Below, piece by piece: positions 39,201 to 49,779 of a stretch of 64,000 nt of DNA (position 1 is the stretch's first letter; the number at the start of each line of letters is the position of its first letter). Under the pieces are notes generated by a model. It was not told the DNA's origin. It ran no database searches and saw only the letters and a list, made by a program, of their open reading frames with translations. The translations under genes and the position numbers were made by a program. Source of the stretch: Patellaria atrata CBS 101060 (Eukaryota). Location: positions 968,715-1,032,714 of the forward strand of contig MU006097.1 in NCBI GenBank assembly GCA_010093705.1, written 5' to 3'.

Positions 39201-42200
39201 TATGATGTGCGTTATAGTGTTGAGTTGATCTATCGTAATTATCCAGTTACTGTCAGTAGTACGTCCTTTGAGTTATTGAGCCGTTTAGCTGCGTAGGTGC
39301 GATCTCGAACTAGGCGCGATAAGTTGGCAGATGTTGGATTATCACGCTAATGTTAATGTAGATGTGCGTATTCGCACGTGGAATATCGTAAAGAGTGAGC
39401 ACGTCAGCCAGGGATGGGAATTTTGAGATTGATTGAGTGGCTGAGATAATACCTCGACCAGGGTTGGTTGGCCAGCAGGAGATGTCGGTTTCGACGCTTT
39501 GGACGAGAAAGAACATGGGCTGTATTGATCCCACGACTATCTCTATACTGGTCTTGGTGTTTTGCGGAGCATTTCTGCAACCATCATAAGACTCTGAATC
39601 TGATCTTGAGGCCAAAACCAGAAACTCACGGGGTATATCTCCTCTTCTCGAAAGAGACAATTCGTGCTTCAGATCGCTCGCTTTTCCCCTCGATTGATGA
39701 TAGCCCCCATTTTGAATTGCTAGCGAACTCTTGTGATTAATCATTATTGATGAGGGCCCTTATTGACAAGGGCCTTGCTCTGCTAAGATAAGTGTTAGTA
39801 AATGGAGGTGTTGTCGCCCCTTGGCCCCGGCGTCTATAGACTTATGAATGTTGTTGGTTTCCAGCAGGGATGGTGATGCAAGAGCAAGGGTTATACCTTA
39901 TTGAGCCCAATCGCTAAATCTTCCAAGGTTATCACTTTCGCACGCTTTCTGTACTGTTGAACTTCCTCATCAAGTAATCAAGGACCCATGGGGCTGTGTG
40001 TCCTTCCCGTGCCAGCCGTGCCCCAAAAACGATACACCAAACGTACGATCAGCATATCTTCTTCTTAGTAAGAATTCCTCCTCTACCATTATTTCCGCCA
40101 TTGAATTTATCAGGCCTGCTAGGCCAATCTGTCGCAACGGGCATTGGCCAGAAATGTCTATCTTTGGGTGTTGGGGTGGACGATGCTTTTTCTCGTTCCA
40201 TTGCTATCCCTTCAACCTCACCTACGAGGCTTACTACCCCCAGTGGTAATGGTGGGGTACAGCTTCCTGTGGAGACTGGAGAATAGGTACCACCTCTTTA
40301 GTGCATCTATTTTGGAACTCATATGAACCGTTAACCTCTCGGTCTGAACCGAGTGAAGGTGTTTCAGAAGCTGTGTTTCAGAAATACATTCTCAGAACCG
40401 TCCCGATCGTGCTTCTCGAGGGAAGATTGTACCTGGCCGTGCGCTTTTCTGTTCAGAAGAAGGTCCCGCCCCTTCCACTAGATATCATCCTCACCGGCTT
40501 ATGTCTCTGACAATTCCTTTAAGGGGTTGCGTATCTGGGTAGGTAGTGGACGCCGCCAAACGAATGGCTTGCGATGTACAGTCACCATAACATCTATCGG
40601 ATCTGCCGAATTTGAACCGTCGAGAGATCTCTAGACGCTGAGCGTCTCACTAAGTACTTCTCTCCTGGAGAATGTATCCGTGGACTTGGCATAAGTTAGA
40701 AACGCAGATCTTTGTATTGTAGATGGTTGAGTGGTCATCGAGACTACGGAGTTACCTCCCCCTGGATCAGCGTGGATCGAATCCTGTTTGTCGATGACCA
40801 TCACGATTGTAAGGGGAGATTGGAAAGAGGAATTATCCTTTTGCGTTGTAGTCATCGACCCGTAGCTGATCGATTTGTCTTCACAAACATCCATTGATAG
40901 GCGAACCGTCTAAGTTTCAGGTCAGTCATCCACCCTAGAAGTTCGCTCTCAACGCCGTAACAGTAAACTGACGATATTGTATAGGTATTCCGACTGGCCT
41001 GAGGATTGGAGACCCTTATTCGATGCGTTGGTGATCACGGTTTCGATACAATGTCCCATGGCCTGCGAGGTGAGGTTCCAACTATTCAATCAACCAAGAA
41101 TGGTATTGGCCATCGTGTTGTTCGTAACTAGGAGTTATTGACTGATAACGGGTGTGCAGTTGATAGGAAAACAGGACGAGTTTCAGGTCAATCACCGATG
41201 GGAATCTGCTCAACGCATTAACAATATACCAAGGAATCTAAGGAGAGGTAGTGCCGACGCCCTAGAATTGCTGACGCTCGTTCGTCGTTGTCGTGATTAG
41301 GACTGCGAACCACTGCCTCATAATCTGGAAGGAGATGTCCCATCCGCCAATCGGTTTAGGACCATACCCTCTCTTTCATTCCTAGTCATGGAATTCCCCT
41401 TCCACTATACGCTCGCGATTATTGGTTTTGTACTCCCCTATATAAATAGTCAAAACATAGGGATGAATTACCAACCGTACAAAGGATCTGACCGTACAAA
41501 AAATAGTTGAATATGCGGCAAAAGTAAGAGGCTTCTAGCAGTTGTTATGACAGCGTATAGAAGCCGGTATGGCTAACGTGACAATCGAAGCGGAAAGTGT
41601 GGTTTGCACCTTCAAGTTTCTCCGTATCCTTCATTCCATAATAGATTAAGGCTGCCAAAGGATCTTTACTAGGTACGTCATAGCCATTTGCACGGAAAGC
41701 GCTGAAAGCGAATGCACTACGCAATAGCACAATAGTAGAAAGGGGTCTTGTTTTGATACCTTAGTATGGCCATGCAGATGAAGTGTAGGATCGAATGTTG
41801 TAGTCTGAAAAGTGAAGCTCTAACAGTGCTGCTTAGGAAGGCGTTTAAGAAGGGCAAGAGCATTAAAAGACTAGCCCTCCTTTCTCATCTCGACTTCTAG
41901 CCGTGGGTGTGAAGTGGAGTGAAATATACCACCTGAGAAGATGCTTATGCACGATAATGTCTTGAGACTAAAAGACCTATCGTCCTTTCTCTTCACGCTT
42001 CTAGCTGCTGTGTGAAGCCGTACACAACCCAACTCGAACGTATTGTGACATTAAGATTTCAGGAACCCATACACAATGTAATAGGAAGATCCGGATAGAG
42101 GAACTCGAGCACAATGTGCACTGCGCTTACAATATTACCACGGCTTCTAGCCCCTTTGTGCGAAATAATAACATTGTAATCCCCACGTCATTATTTTGAC

Positions 42201-42313
42201 TGCTTCCATGCTCTTAAATAGTCCACGTAGTTTGATGCCCAATTTTACCTCATCTACACGACGCAACAAACATTCATATTATATTGGCTCACTCAAATCC
42301 CCAAATAGAAACA

Positions 42314-43420
42314 ATGAATGCGCTGAGTATAGAAGAATTGCCTAATCCATTGGCTGGTATCATGAGCACGTCTAGGACTCCTTATGGCGACAGCAAAAGT
42401 ACTCAGGTACCCTTTTGTAACATCGAGAGCTCGCTTAATAGGAAAGACCATCAGTACCGCGAATCGCGGGAAGAGTCCTTTCCAGAACTAGAGACTCCCG
42501 TCCCACTAAACAATCCAACTCTGCTTGATGATGACAAAATGCTTCTTCTTGCACATTATCCGCCATCTACTACGGACGGATTAACGTCTCAAGATGAGGC
42601 AGATGATTTTTTCGAGATAGACGAGAAGATTCGGACGCTAGTTGAGGAACACACGTCCGCGAATGAGGCTAGACTACGAACAGAAGATTATAGAATCTTC
42701 TACATCAATAGTAAGGGCAAGGGTGGAAAGATTCGATGCTGGCGAGCCATGTAAATGTCCAGTATGCTGTCCAGAAGGTTATCGTCCTCTAGTAGAAGAT
42801 AGGGATCACGCTATTATCGAGCATTAGAACTTCGTCTTCAGGCGAGGTGATAGTTGGACCTGGTGTCTCAAACCCAAAGGGCATGAACCGATGAACTTAG
42901 TGTCGCAGACCGTCAACCACTGGACTTGGGTAAAAGGCGAGATTTCTTCTTGTTCGATGCTAGAGTACGATAAGACAACCTTGGTAGACTGGGCATTCTG
43001 GAAGAAGCGGTATTACATGCTTCTAGACACGGAAGACGCATATGGAGTTCACTAACGCAGTGCTTAACCGGTGTGCCGACATTTTCAACCGCCTATTCTT
43101 CCTGAATGCCCTCAAAGGTGTGAAGGTTGAATGGGGCCCAGATCTCCTCAATGATCGAGCACGGTCTCTCGTACACCATAGTGGAGCAGTCAATTCGGTC
43201 ATCCGTCTCCAATCCCGTATGGAACTGGTAGATGAGCGCAATAATGTGGACCTGATCCTAGGATCGCTGTTATTCAAAATGGCGCGCATGTAAATCATAA
43301 TTTATAGCTGCACCAAGGACGTTACTGCGAGACACTGCGGAAACAGAATCTTGGGAAGGCGAATGAAGGCCGTGCTCTGCTTTGGTTGGGCGCAGCATGC
43401 CTGACGATACTTGAGGTTAA
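42314..43420 (+). pseudogene. Degenerate SprT-like metalloprotease gene relic
   Basis: Fragments in shifting frames: MNALSIEELP.., CKCPVCCPEG.., IFNRLFFLNALKGVKVEW.., LILGSLLFKMARM*IIIYSC (position of LL.TLLHEM.H.Y), then NLGKANEGRALLWL (cf. G..GHG.AW). Contains in-frame stops and frameshifts. Confidence 0.55.
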
Positions 43421-43683
43421 ATGTTCAATTGGACCTTCTTGGTACCTGGTATAGGGAATCGAGGGTCTATGGCTTTTGCCCTTCTTTACATTAACAGCGG
43501 ATATTCCTTCTTAAGGATAGGTTTCTTTACAACTAGATGAATAATCAATGTTAGGATTTGTGACCTTGACAATATATCCCGTCACCATAATGAATTGATT
43601 GAAACTCGTAGCAGTTCGTATGGCTCCACTTTTGTAATTAGGTTTCCTCTTAAATAGTGCCAAAGACGTAAGGTAGATTGAAA

Positions 43684-43726
43684 GTGTCTCCCGAAGGTGT
43701 CTCCCGAAGGTGTCTCCCGAAGGTGT
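43684..43726. repeat. 13-bp tandem repeat GTGTCTCCCGAAG x3
   Basis: Read directly. Confidence 0.9.
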
Positions 43727-44417
43727 GTTACCTAGGTAAGAAATCTTCTCAGAATCGGAGGCAAGGATTTCTCCCGAGTTGCGTTCCCCAACTCTTTCCA
43801 ATAAAAAAGAGAATAGAAACAGTCTCGAAGATAGAACCGAAGACGAGACTTACCCCACAAACCCTAATAACTAAACCCAAAGGGTCGCTGATACTAGGTA
43901 AATGGTCCAGTATGGTTAACGACCGTCAATCTATATGCCTGCATTGATGTTTCACCATTGTAGAAGAGATCTTAATTGACCGTACTGGCCGAACCCGAAA
44001 TGTGCATAACGTACACTAAGCTCAGACCAGGGACTCTGAGGGTTATGTTTTTAGCTAATATATTCCGACCAGTCATTGATTAAGCTTTTTAAGAATCCGA
44101 GAGTGCATCTTGATGTTGTTCGTAGGTATTGCAAGTCCTCAACGTATCAAGATTTCGCTTGGCAGATATCCTTTAGTAGCTTGTATTCCGAACAGAGGTC
44201 GTCCAAGGGTCGCCGAGATATGTTGCCCAAAAACGGTTCTTCAAGGGTGGAGGAAAACTACCTTCCCCGAAGGGAAGTTTTCGAGTTTCCTCGGAGAAGG
44301 GTGGTGTGCTTCGTAAGCAAGTCCTCGTATTACAGTTTCTAGTGAGAATGTCGTTGGCATTGCCTGTGAGTATTCCAGCATTCGATAGACCAGCCTTACA
44401 CTCTTTAGACCCTTCCC

Positions 44418-45308
44418 CTACCCAATCATACTCTTCTTCCTTCCCCTCAACCTAACCTCCTCCAACCTCTTCACCACAACTTTCGCACCCTTAAAACTGT
44501 CCCCATACGCCCTTAACAGGTCCCCAAAAAAAGGTTCCGCCTTGGGATGCGTCGCGCCAAACGCTCTTTCGAGGACATAGAGATCAACTGCCCGATCCTC
44601 GTCTTGGACGCTCTGGGCCGCAAGGCCAAAATCAATGAGAACGACTTCGTCCTTTAAGCTTCCGTTGGACTGTTCATGCTCTTGTGACTCTCCTGATGGT
44701 GATTGTGTCGTAGGCCTCAACATTATATTGCTAGTTGTTAAATCTCCATGCACGACCCCTGCCTGATGGAGTCTACCCACCGCAATCCCGATCCTGCTCA
44801 TCAGATCTTTAACTGCCTCTTCTGCCTCTTCCGCCTCTTCCCCTCCATCCTCATGCGCACTCTTTCCTATATAAGTCCCCATCCTCTTACTCTCCCACTC
44901 ATTCAACGCCCCTCTCAAGGTCCCACCCCTAATCCACTCAACTCCCACCCATCCTTCTTCCCACCCAACCGCAAGCACGCGCGGCACAGGCACGCCCTCC
45001 CTCGCACACTTTACCAGCACTCTCGCCTCCGCTAGAATCCTCTGTTTCGTGAGTTTCTTGTCTAGAATCGGATGCCTGTACGGCTTGGGCGGACGATACT
45101 TTAATGCGGCTGGGGTGTCCGTGGTGATCAGGGATGTTTTGAAAAGGAGGGCTTCGGCGCCTTGGGTTATGGGCATTAGAGGAGTTGAAGATGTAAAGAA
45201 TGGAGCGGGGAGAGTATGGAGGACGCTTCCCGGGACGGCTGGTGGAGTAGAGGTAGAGTTGAGGGTGGAGGTTGGGCCCACGGAGGGGGGAGATGTCGTC
45301 GAAGCCAT
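44418..45308 (-). CDS. BUD32: EKC/KEOPS complex kinase Bud32 (PRPK)
   Basis: QGAEALL, KYRPPKPYRHPILD, EARVL, HGDLTTSN, LIDFGL, EDRAVDLYVLERAF, VRLRGRKKSMIG*. Confidence 0.97.
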   Translation of the reverse strand: MASTTSPPSVGPTSTLNSTSTPPAVPGSVLHTLPAPFFTSSTPLMPITQGAEALLFKTSLITTDTPAALKYRPPKPYRHPILDKKLTKQRILAEARVLVKCAREGVPVPRVLAVGWEEGWVGVEWIRGGTLRGALNEWESKRMGTYIGKSAHEDGGEEAEEAEEAVKDLMSRIGIAVGRLHQAGVVHGDLTTSNIMLRPTTQSPSGESQEHEQSNGSLKDEVVLIDFGLAAQSVQDEDRAVDLYVLERAFGATHPKAEPFFGDLLRAYGDSFKGAKVVVKRLEEVRLRGRKKSMIG

Positions 45309-46192
45309 TGAGCGCGTTCAAGGAGGGTGACGCTGGAAACGTTCAGTCACGGTTCCTCTTCGAACGTCGAGACGTAGAATGCAACCGTAAAACTCTAGGT
45401 GAGGAACTTCCGGGGATGTTGGACGTTATAATGCGTTGCAGGCGGGATTCAGCGGATTCGGCGAAATGTGCGGTTGGAGATAACCTCGTGCCATGACTGG
45501 TCGTGGCTCGTGGGGCACGGCCCATCATCCTATGGCTACGTTTCCACCAACAGCCAAGCTTGAGACATCACGAATCAAAGGGGTCACATCAAGGCTTCAT
45601 TTATGCATTTATGCAAACTTCAAGTCAAATTTCTCCTACTGATCCTACTAGAACATATTTCTTATCCTTCGTCTTCATAAAGCACCCTCCCCATTTTGTA
45701 GATGCATGGAATAACCTTCCCTAGCGGACAGGTGATAGAAGTGAAGTGCAGAGAAAAGTAATCGTTGTCACCCCAAGATATGCCAGCAGAAAAGTTGTGG
45801 GAAGCCATAGGTAAAGGAAAATATGGGACATTTCGGCACAGCCTAAGGTCCTAAAGACCCAAATTCGCCAACCATTGCCGTAATTCTGCTCAACCAAGCC
45901 CACCATAGACTCATAATGAGTATCACATAAAAGATATGTGACAAGGGAAAAGTCCGACTTGCCACGGGATAGAGAACAAAAGCTGAAGGTACCGTACCGG
46001 TCAAAGTCAAAGCAAGTGAAGGGGTAAAAGCAAGAAACGGGTGGCAGGTCCCAAAGGTCGCCTGCCAGGTGAAACTCCAGTAACACATTAGAAAATTCAT
46101 AATCGGCCGTCATAAACACAGCGGAATGGATTCCGCACATTATGCACAAAGCTGTACTTGACATACGTCGCTTTTGGCAGGCGCTCATCCAC

Positions 46193-47893
46193 TCAGAACA
46201 TTGAGCTTTTACGCTTTTCAGCGCTAGTCAACAACAGAAGAGGCATTCTGCGCCTGTCCGCAGAAGCTGATTTTGGTTCCTCAACACGGACCTCAACGAG
46301 GCCACCACCTACGGCATATCCTTCATCGCTGCTGACGCTGTTTGCGGTGTAACTGTCTCCAGAGCCGTTTCGCAGACGCTCCCTTGAAGCTTTCCTCTCA
46401 GAGCCGATAGCACCGCTAGCAGCAGCGCGTAAGCTGCCCATGCTCATCCTGCCAGACAAAGACCCGTGACCGCTGTGGACACTATCAGAATCATTGTCCG
46501 AGTTGGAGAGAGAGAAGTTCATGTCAGTCTCGCTGACTGGAGTCATGCTACCGTGGCTGCTAGGACGAGTGACACCACGGCGCTCGATTCCAGCACGAAC
46601 GAGACTGTGAACTGCACGACGGCGTTGGCGAGTGGCAAAATTCTTGCTGCCCTCCTGCCTGTTGGTAGGCTTGGCAATAAGCTCTTCCAAGGGAGGAGGG
46701 TTGCGAGGTTGGCGAACTGGATGCTCACCAGCTCGTCCTTGGCCTGGACCAAACGTACCAGTCATGGGAGTCTGAGGAAAGCCGGATATACGAGGAACGG
46801 AAGTTTTGGGTCCATCAGAAACAGGAGTACTGTTACTATTGAACGACAAGGACGTGACCTTCTTGTGTCCGCGGCGGAAAGCATTTGCAGATGGTGGTGG
46901 AAGAGGGGTGACATCCTGGAGCGGTGAAGGCGCCTTCTTAGGAGGTGTGGTGCTGCGCGTGTCAAAAGGGTTGACGACAGTTTCGTTTGGTGGGGTAATC
47001 TGCGCGCGGAATGTTGGTGTATCAGGTTTGGGCGGCGATGTGGAATACGTGGGCGTAGGTGGTGGTGGGGAGTTAGACAGCTGAGCAGCGTGAAGCAAGC
47101 TCTGATCCATGATGTAGTTTGTCTGACCGGTCATCGGGTTGTAGACCAAGAACAATCCAGGCTGGCCTGGGACCTCCTGGGTAATCGGGGCAGCGCCATT
47201 CTGCATTTGTTGGTTGTACACACCCATATGAGGGGTCATTGGAGTGTTGGGATATTGCTGTTGACGTAGACCGTTCAGGCCGAGGTTCATGTGTTGGAAT
47301 TGTTGGTTCGTCAATTGGAGCAATTGCTGTTGTAACTGTTGTTGACGGTGCTGAAGGTGGATCTCCATCGCAACGAGTTGAGCTGCGACCTGTGGGTCCA
47401 TTTGGTCATCCTCGTTATTGTTGTTGAAAACCGAAGGGGGTGCCAATGGTTGTTCAGGGAGGGAATAGACCTGCTGACCAGCATTCACGCCATATTGGTT
47501 CTGGTTGCTGTATGCCGACATTGGGAAACTGTTTCCAATCACAGTCTGTGGAAGGGTTTGCCCGTAGCTGTTCTTATTGTTATTTGTTCGTGCATACTTG
47601 GAAGTATCAACACCGAAGCGCTGCTGGTTATAAGGTGCAGATGCAGGAACTGTAGGAGTTTTTGGCTGAGTTCGAAGGCCAGCCAGAAGGTGCGAGCGGC
47701 TCGTACGAGGGGTGGGAGCTTCAACTGAGTTCTCACTGATAGAAGCAACCTTGGGAGGTGATGCCACGCTCAAGCGCTTCAGCTGATTGCCCTTACCTCG
47801 AGAGGCAAACCCAGCACCAGGCATCCCAAGCCCACCATTGGAAGCGAAGTTGTTGTAAGTCATTTGAGCAAGACCGCCAGCGTCCATGCTCAT
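46193..47893 (-). CDS. Conserved fungal low-complexity (Q/N/P/S-rich) protein of unknown function, intronless
   Basis: Long ORF with conserved-looking blocks PRTSRSHLLAGLRT, SANAFRRGHKK, GTFGPGQGRAGEHPVRQPRNPP, KNFATRQRRRA. First ATG at 47893. Confidence 0.85.
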   Translation of the reverse strand: MSMDAGGLAQMTYNNFASNGGLGMPGAGFASRGKGNQLKRLSVASPPKVASISENSVEAPTPRTSRSHLLAGLRTQPKTPTVPASAPYNQQRFGVDTSKYARTNNNKNSYGQTLPQTVIGNSFPMSAYSNQNQYGVNAGQQVYSLPEQPLAPPSVFNNNNEDDQMDPQVAAQLVAMEIHLQHRQQQLQQQLLQLTNQQFQHMNLGLNGLRQQQYPNTPMTPHMGVYNQQMQNGAAPITQEVPGQPGLFLVYNPMTGQTNYIMDQSLLHAAQLSNSPPPPTPTYSTSPPKPDTPTFRAQITPPNETVVNPFDTRSTTPPKKAPSPLQDVTPLPPPSANAFRRGHKKVTSLSFNSNSTPVSDGPKTSVPRISGFPQTPMTGTFGPGQGRAGEHPVRQPRNPPPLEELIAKPTNRQEGSKNFATRQRRRAVHSLVRAGIERRGVTRPSSHGSMTPVSETDMNFSLSNSDNDSDSVHSGHGSLSGRMSMGSLRAAASGAIGSERKASRERLRNGSGDSYTANSVSSDEGYAVGGGLVEVRVEEPKSASADRRRMPLLLLTSAEKRKSSMF

Positions 47894-49779
47894 TATGGAA
47901 TCAGTCGTCGGTCTAAGAGCAAGAGCTATAAATCGTAATCGTGAACTAACAGGTATCAAGAGAAGATGACTAGGTCTAGGGTGTTGTTGAAAAATTAGAA
48001 GGAGAGGATTCGATCAACAAAGAAAGATGTCTAGAGAAGGTTTATGAACCGTCGATGGAGAAACTCTGGCTACTTATACAGCAGTGAGTTCAATTGAAGC
48101 TTATCCGAATGTCGTCACGTTGTAAAATGAGGAGTCAGGTGCTTCACTCGGTAAACAACAGATTTTCCAAGACGCGGTGAAATACGAAATTAAATGATTA
48201 AGGATCGGTAGTGATCGGGATTCTAGTTTGTAGAGGCCAGTCAATAGGTATCGAACCAATAATCCAGAGCAAACGAGTCTATCCTGTGGAGCTGGTGAGG
48301 CGTAGATGAGGTACCAGATATGCGGTGTAGTTTCCAAGGACAGAGAAGTCGCCGAGATAGCGTGACCGTTTTTGAAGAAGAGTGAGTGAAGTGAAGTAAA
48401 TTAAGAGTAAGTTATTTCCACAAGTGAATACAGGAAGTAGCAAAGAAGTCTCGAGAGCAAAGGATCGTTTGTCCGATTGTCAGGCGGTTGACGCGACTTG
48501 TCGCAATTGGCCGATCGGGGTTAAAGCGATGCTTGCTCTGCAAAGCAAAGGAGCGGCGACGCAGGCGCGCTCGAAGATGATAAGAGTTTTAATGGGATTA
48601 AGAGTCTTTGTGCAGACTTTTTTTTAGAGTATCTTTTCAGGTTCTGGTAAGATGCAAGCAAGGTGCACAGGGCCTCGAGGCGATGGCAAGAAGGAAGAGT
48701 TTTTGTAGTGAGAGTAAATACGATAGGGATGAGTTTTCTGAAAAGAAGTTACAGCGGTAGCGACAATCGACAGGAATGATAGCGGAATAGAAGGAAGGGG
48801 ATGAATGTATGTAGAGGAAGGATGAAAGGTTGTCGATGAGGCAGAGGGGGATGAAGGACGGGGAGGGAGGGATGGAGTTGAGGAAGGGAAAATAGAGGTT
48901 CAAGAGGAGCTGGGCAGAAAGAGATGTGTGTCTGGGTCTTTCCTTCCTCCTTCCTGGGTCCTCTCCGGTCAGACCTAGCCGTGCTTTTGGGCCATGCTTA
49001 GGGCGGGCCACCCCAGTAAGAGGAAGGCGAAATTCACCCCACTCATTGGCTATGGCCGTTCAACACTCACCCAGAACTGGATCAAGACTCGAGCCAGTCA
49101 TGCACCAGTTTACTACTTATGAAAAAAGGGGCTTTCTGAGTCGACAGCTTGACGTGCTCACAATGCCTTTCACCCTCCAATCATAACCTCAAACATGACA
49201 GTTCTTAAGCCTTTTTACCGTCTTTGTATCTGAGTTCTTTTGGCAATGAAAGAAACATCATGACTTTTTGGTCAGAACTCAGAATCTGTACAACATCACA
49301 CCGACGGTGGGGAAGAGGTACAGGAGATGTGCTGGCAGGCATCTACCGTGGAGGAACAATCTCGGACTAGCCGTCCGTGGTTTGCACTTTCCCTTTCATT
49401 CATCATTATCGCCTCCACGGACGAAGAGGTCACAGCATCAGAGCTTCAGAGATAGAATCATGTCGAAAACAAACCAGTTTATGTCGTAATTGATCATTGA
49501 GACAACAAGCAAGGCAAAAATGCTCTCTTTGATAGTACTATCCTTTTCGTCTGAGCTTCTACTGTACCGTATACGCCCCTCCATTTCGTCTCAGTACCAT
49601 TTCAGACGGATGAAACCCATATGCAATCCTTCTCCAGCAAAGCTGAAATCGTCATCTCATTCTCAACTTCAATCCCCAATCCTTCCCCTCAGTACCATTT
49701 TTGGATCATTTGCTTATTATGATTATTATTATCTTTTCCCAGAGATCTGAAGCTCTTCGTATTACCATTTCACAAAGGA

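Noticed and set aside
37123..40510. Clusters of 80-140 aa ORFs on both strands
   Set aside because: No domain, transposase or RT motifs recognised.
43684..43726. CRISPR-like interpretation of short repeats (also 35916-35965)
   Set aside because: They are head-to-tail tandem units with no spacers, in a eukaryotic genome.
44253..44282. Small hairpin GAAAACT..CCTTC-CCC-GAAGG..AGTTTTC downstream of BUD32
   Set aside because: An isolated short stem compatible with chance; intrinsic terminators do not apply to Pol II genes.
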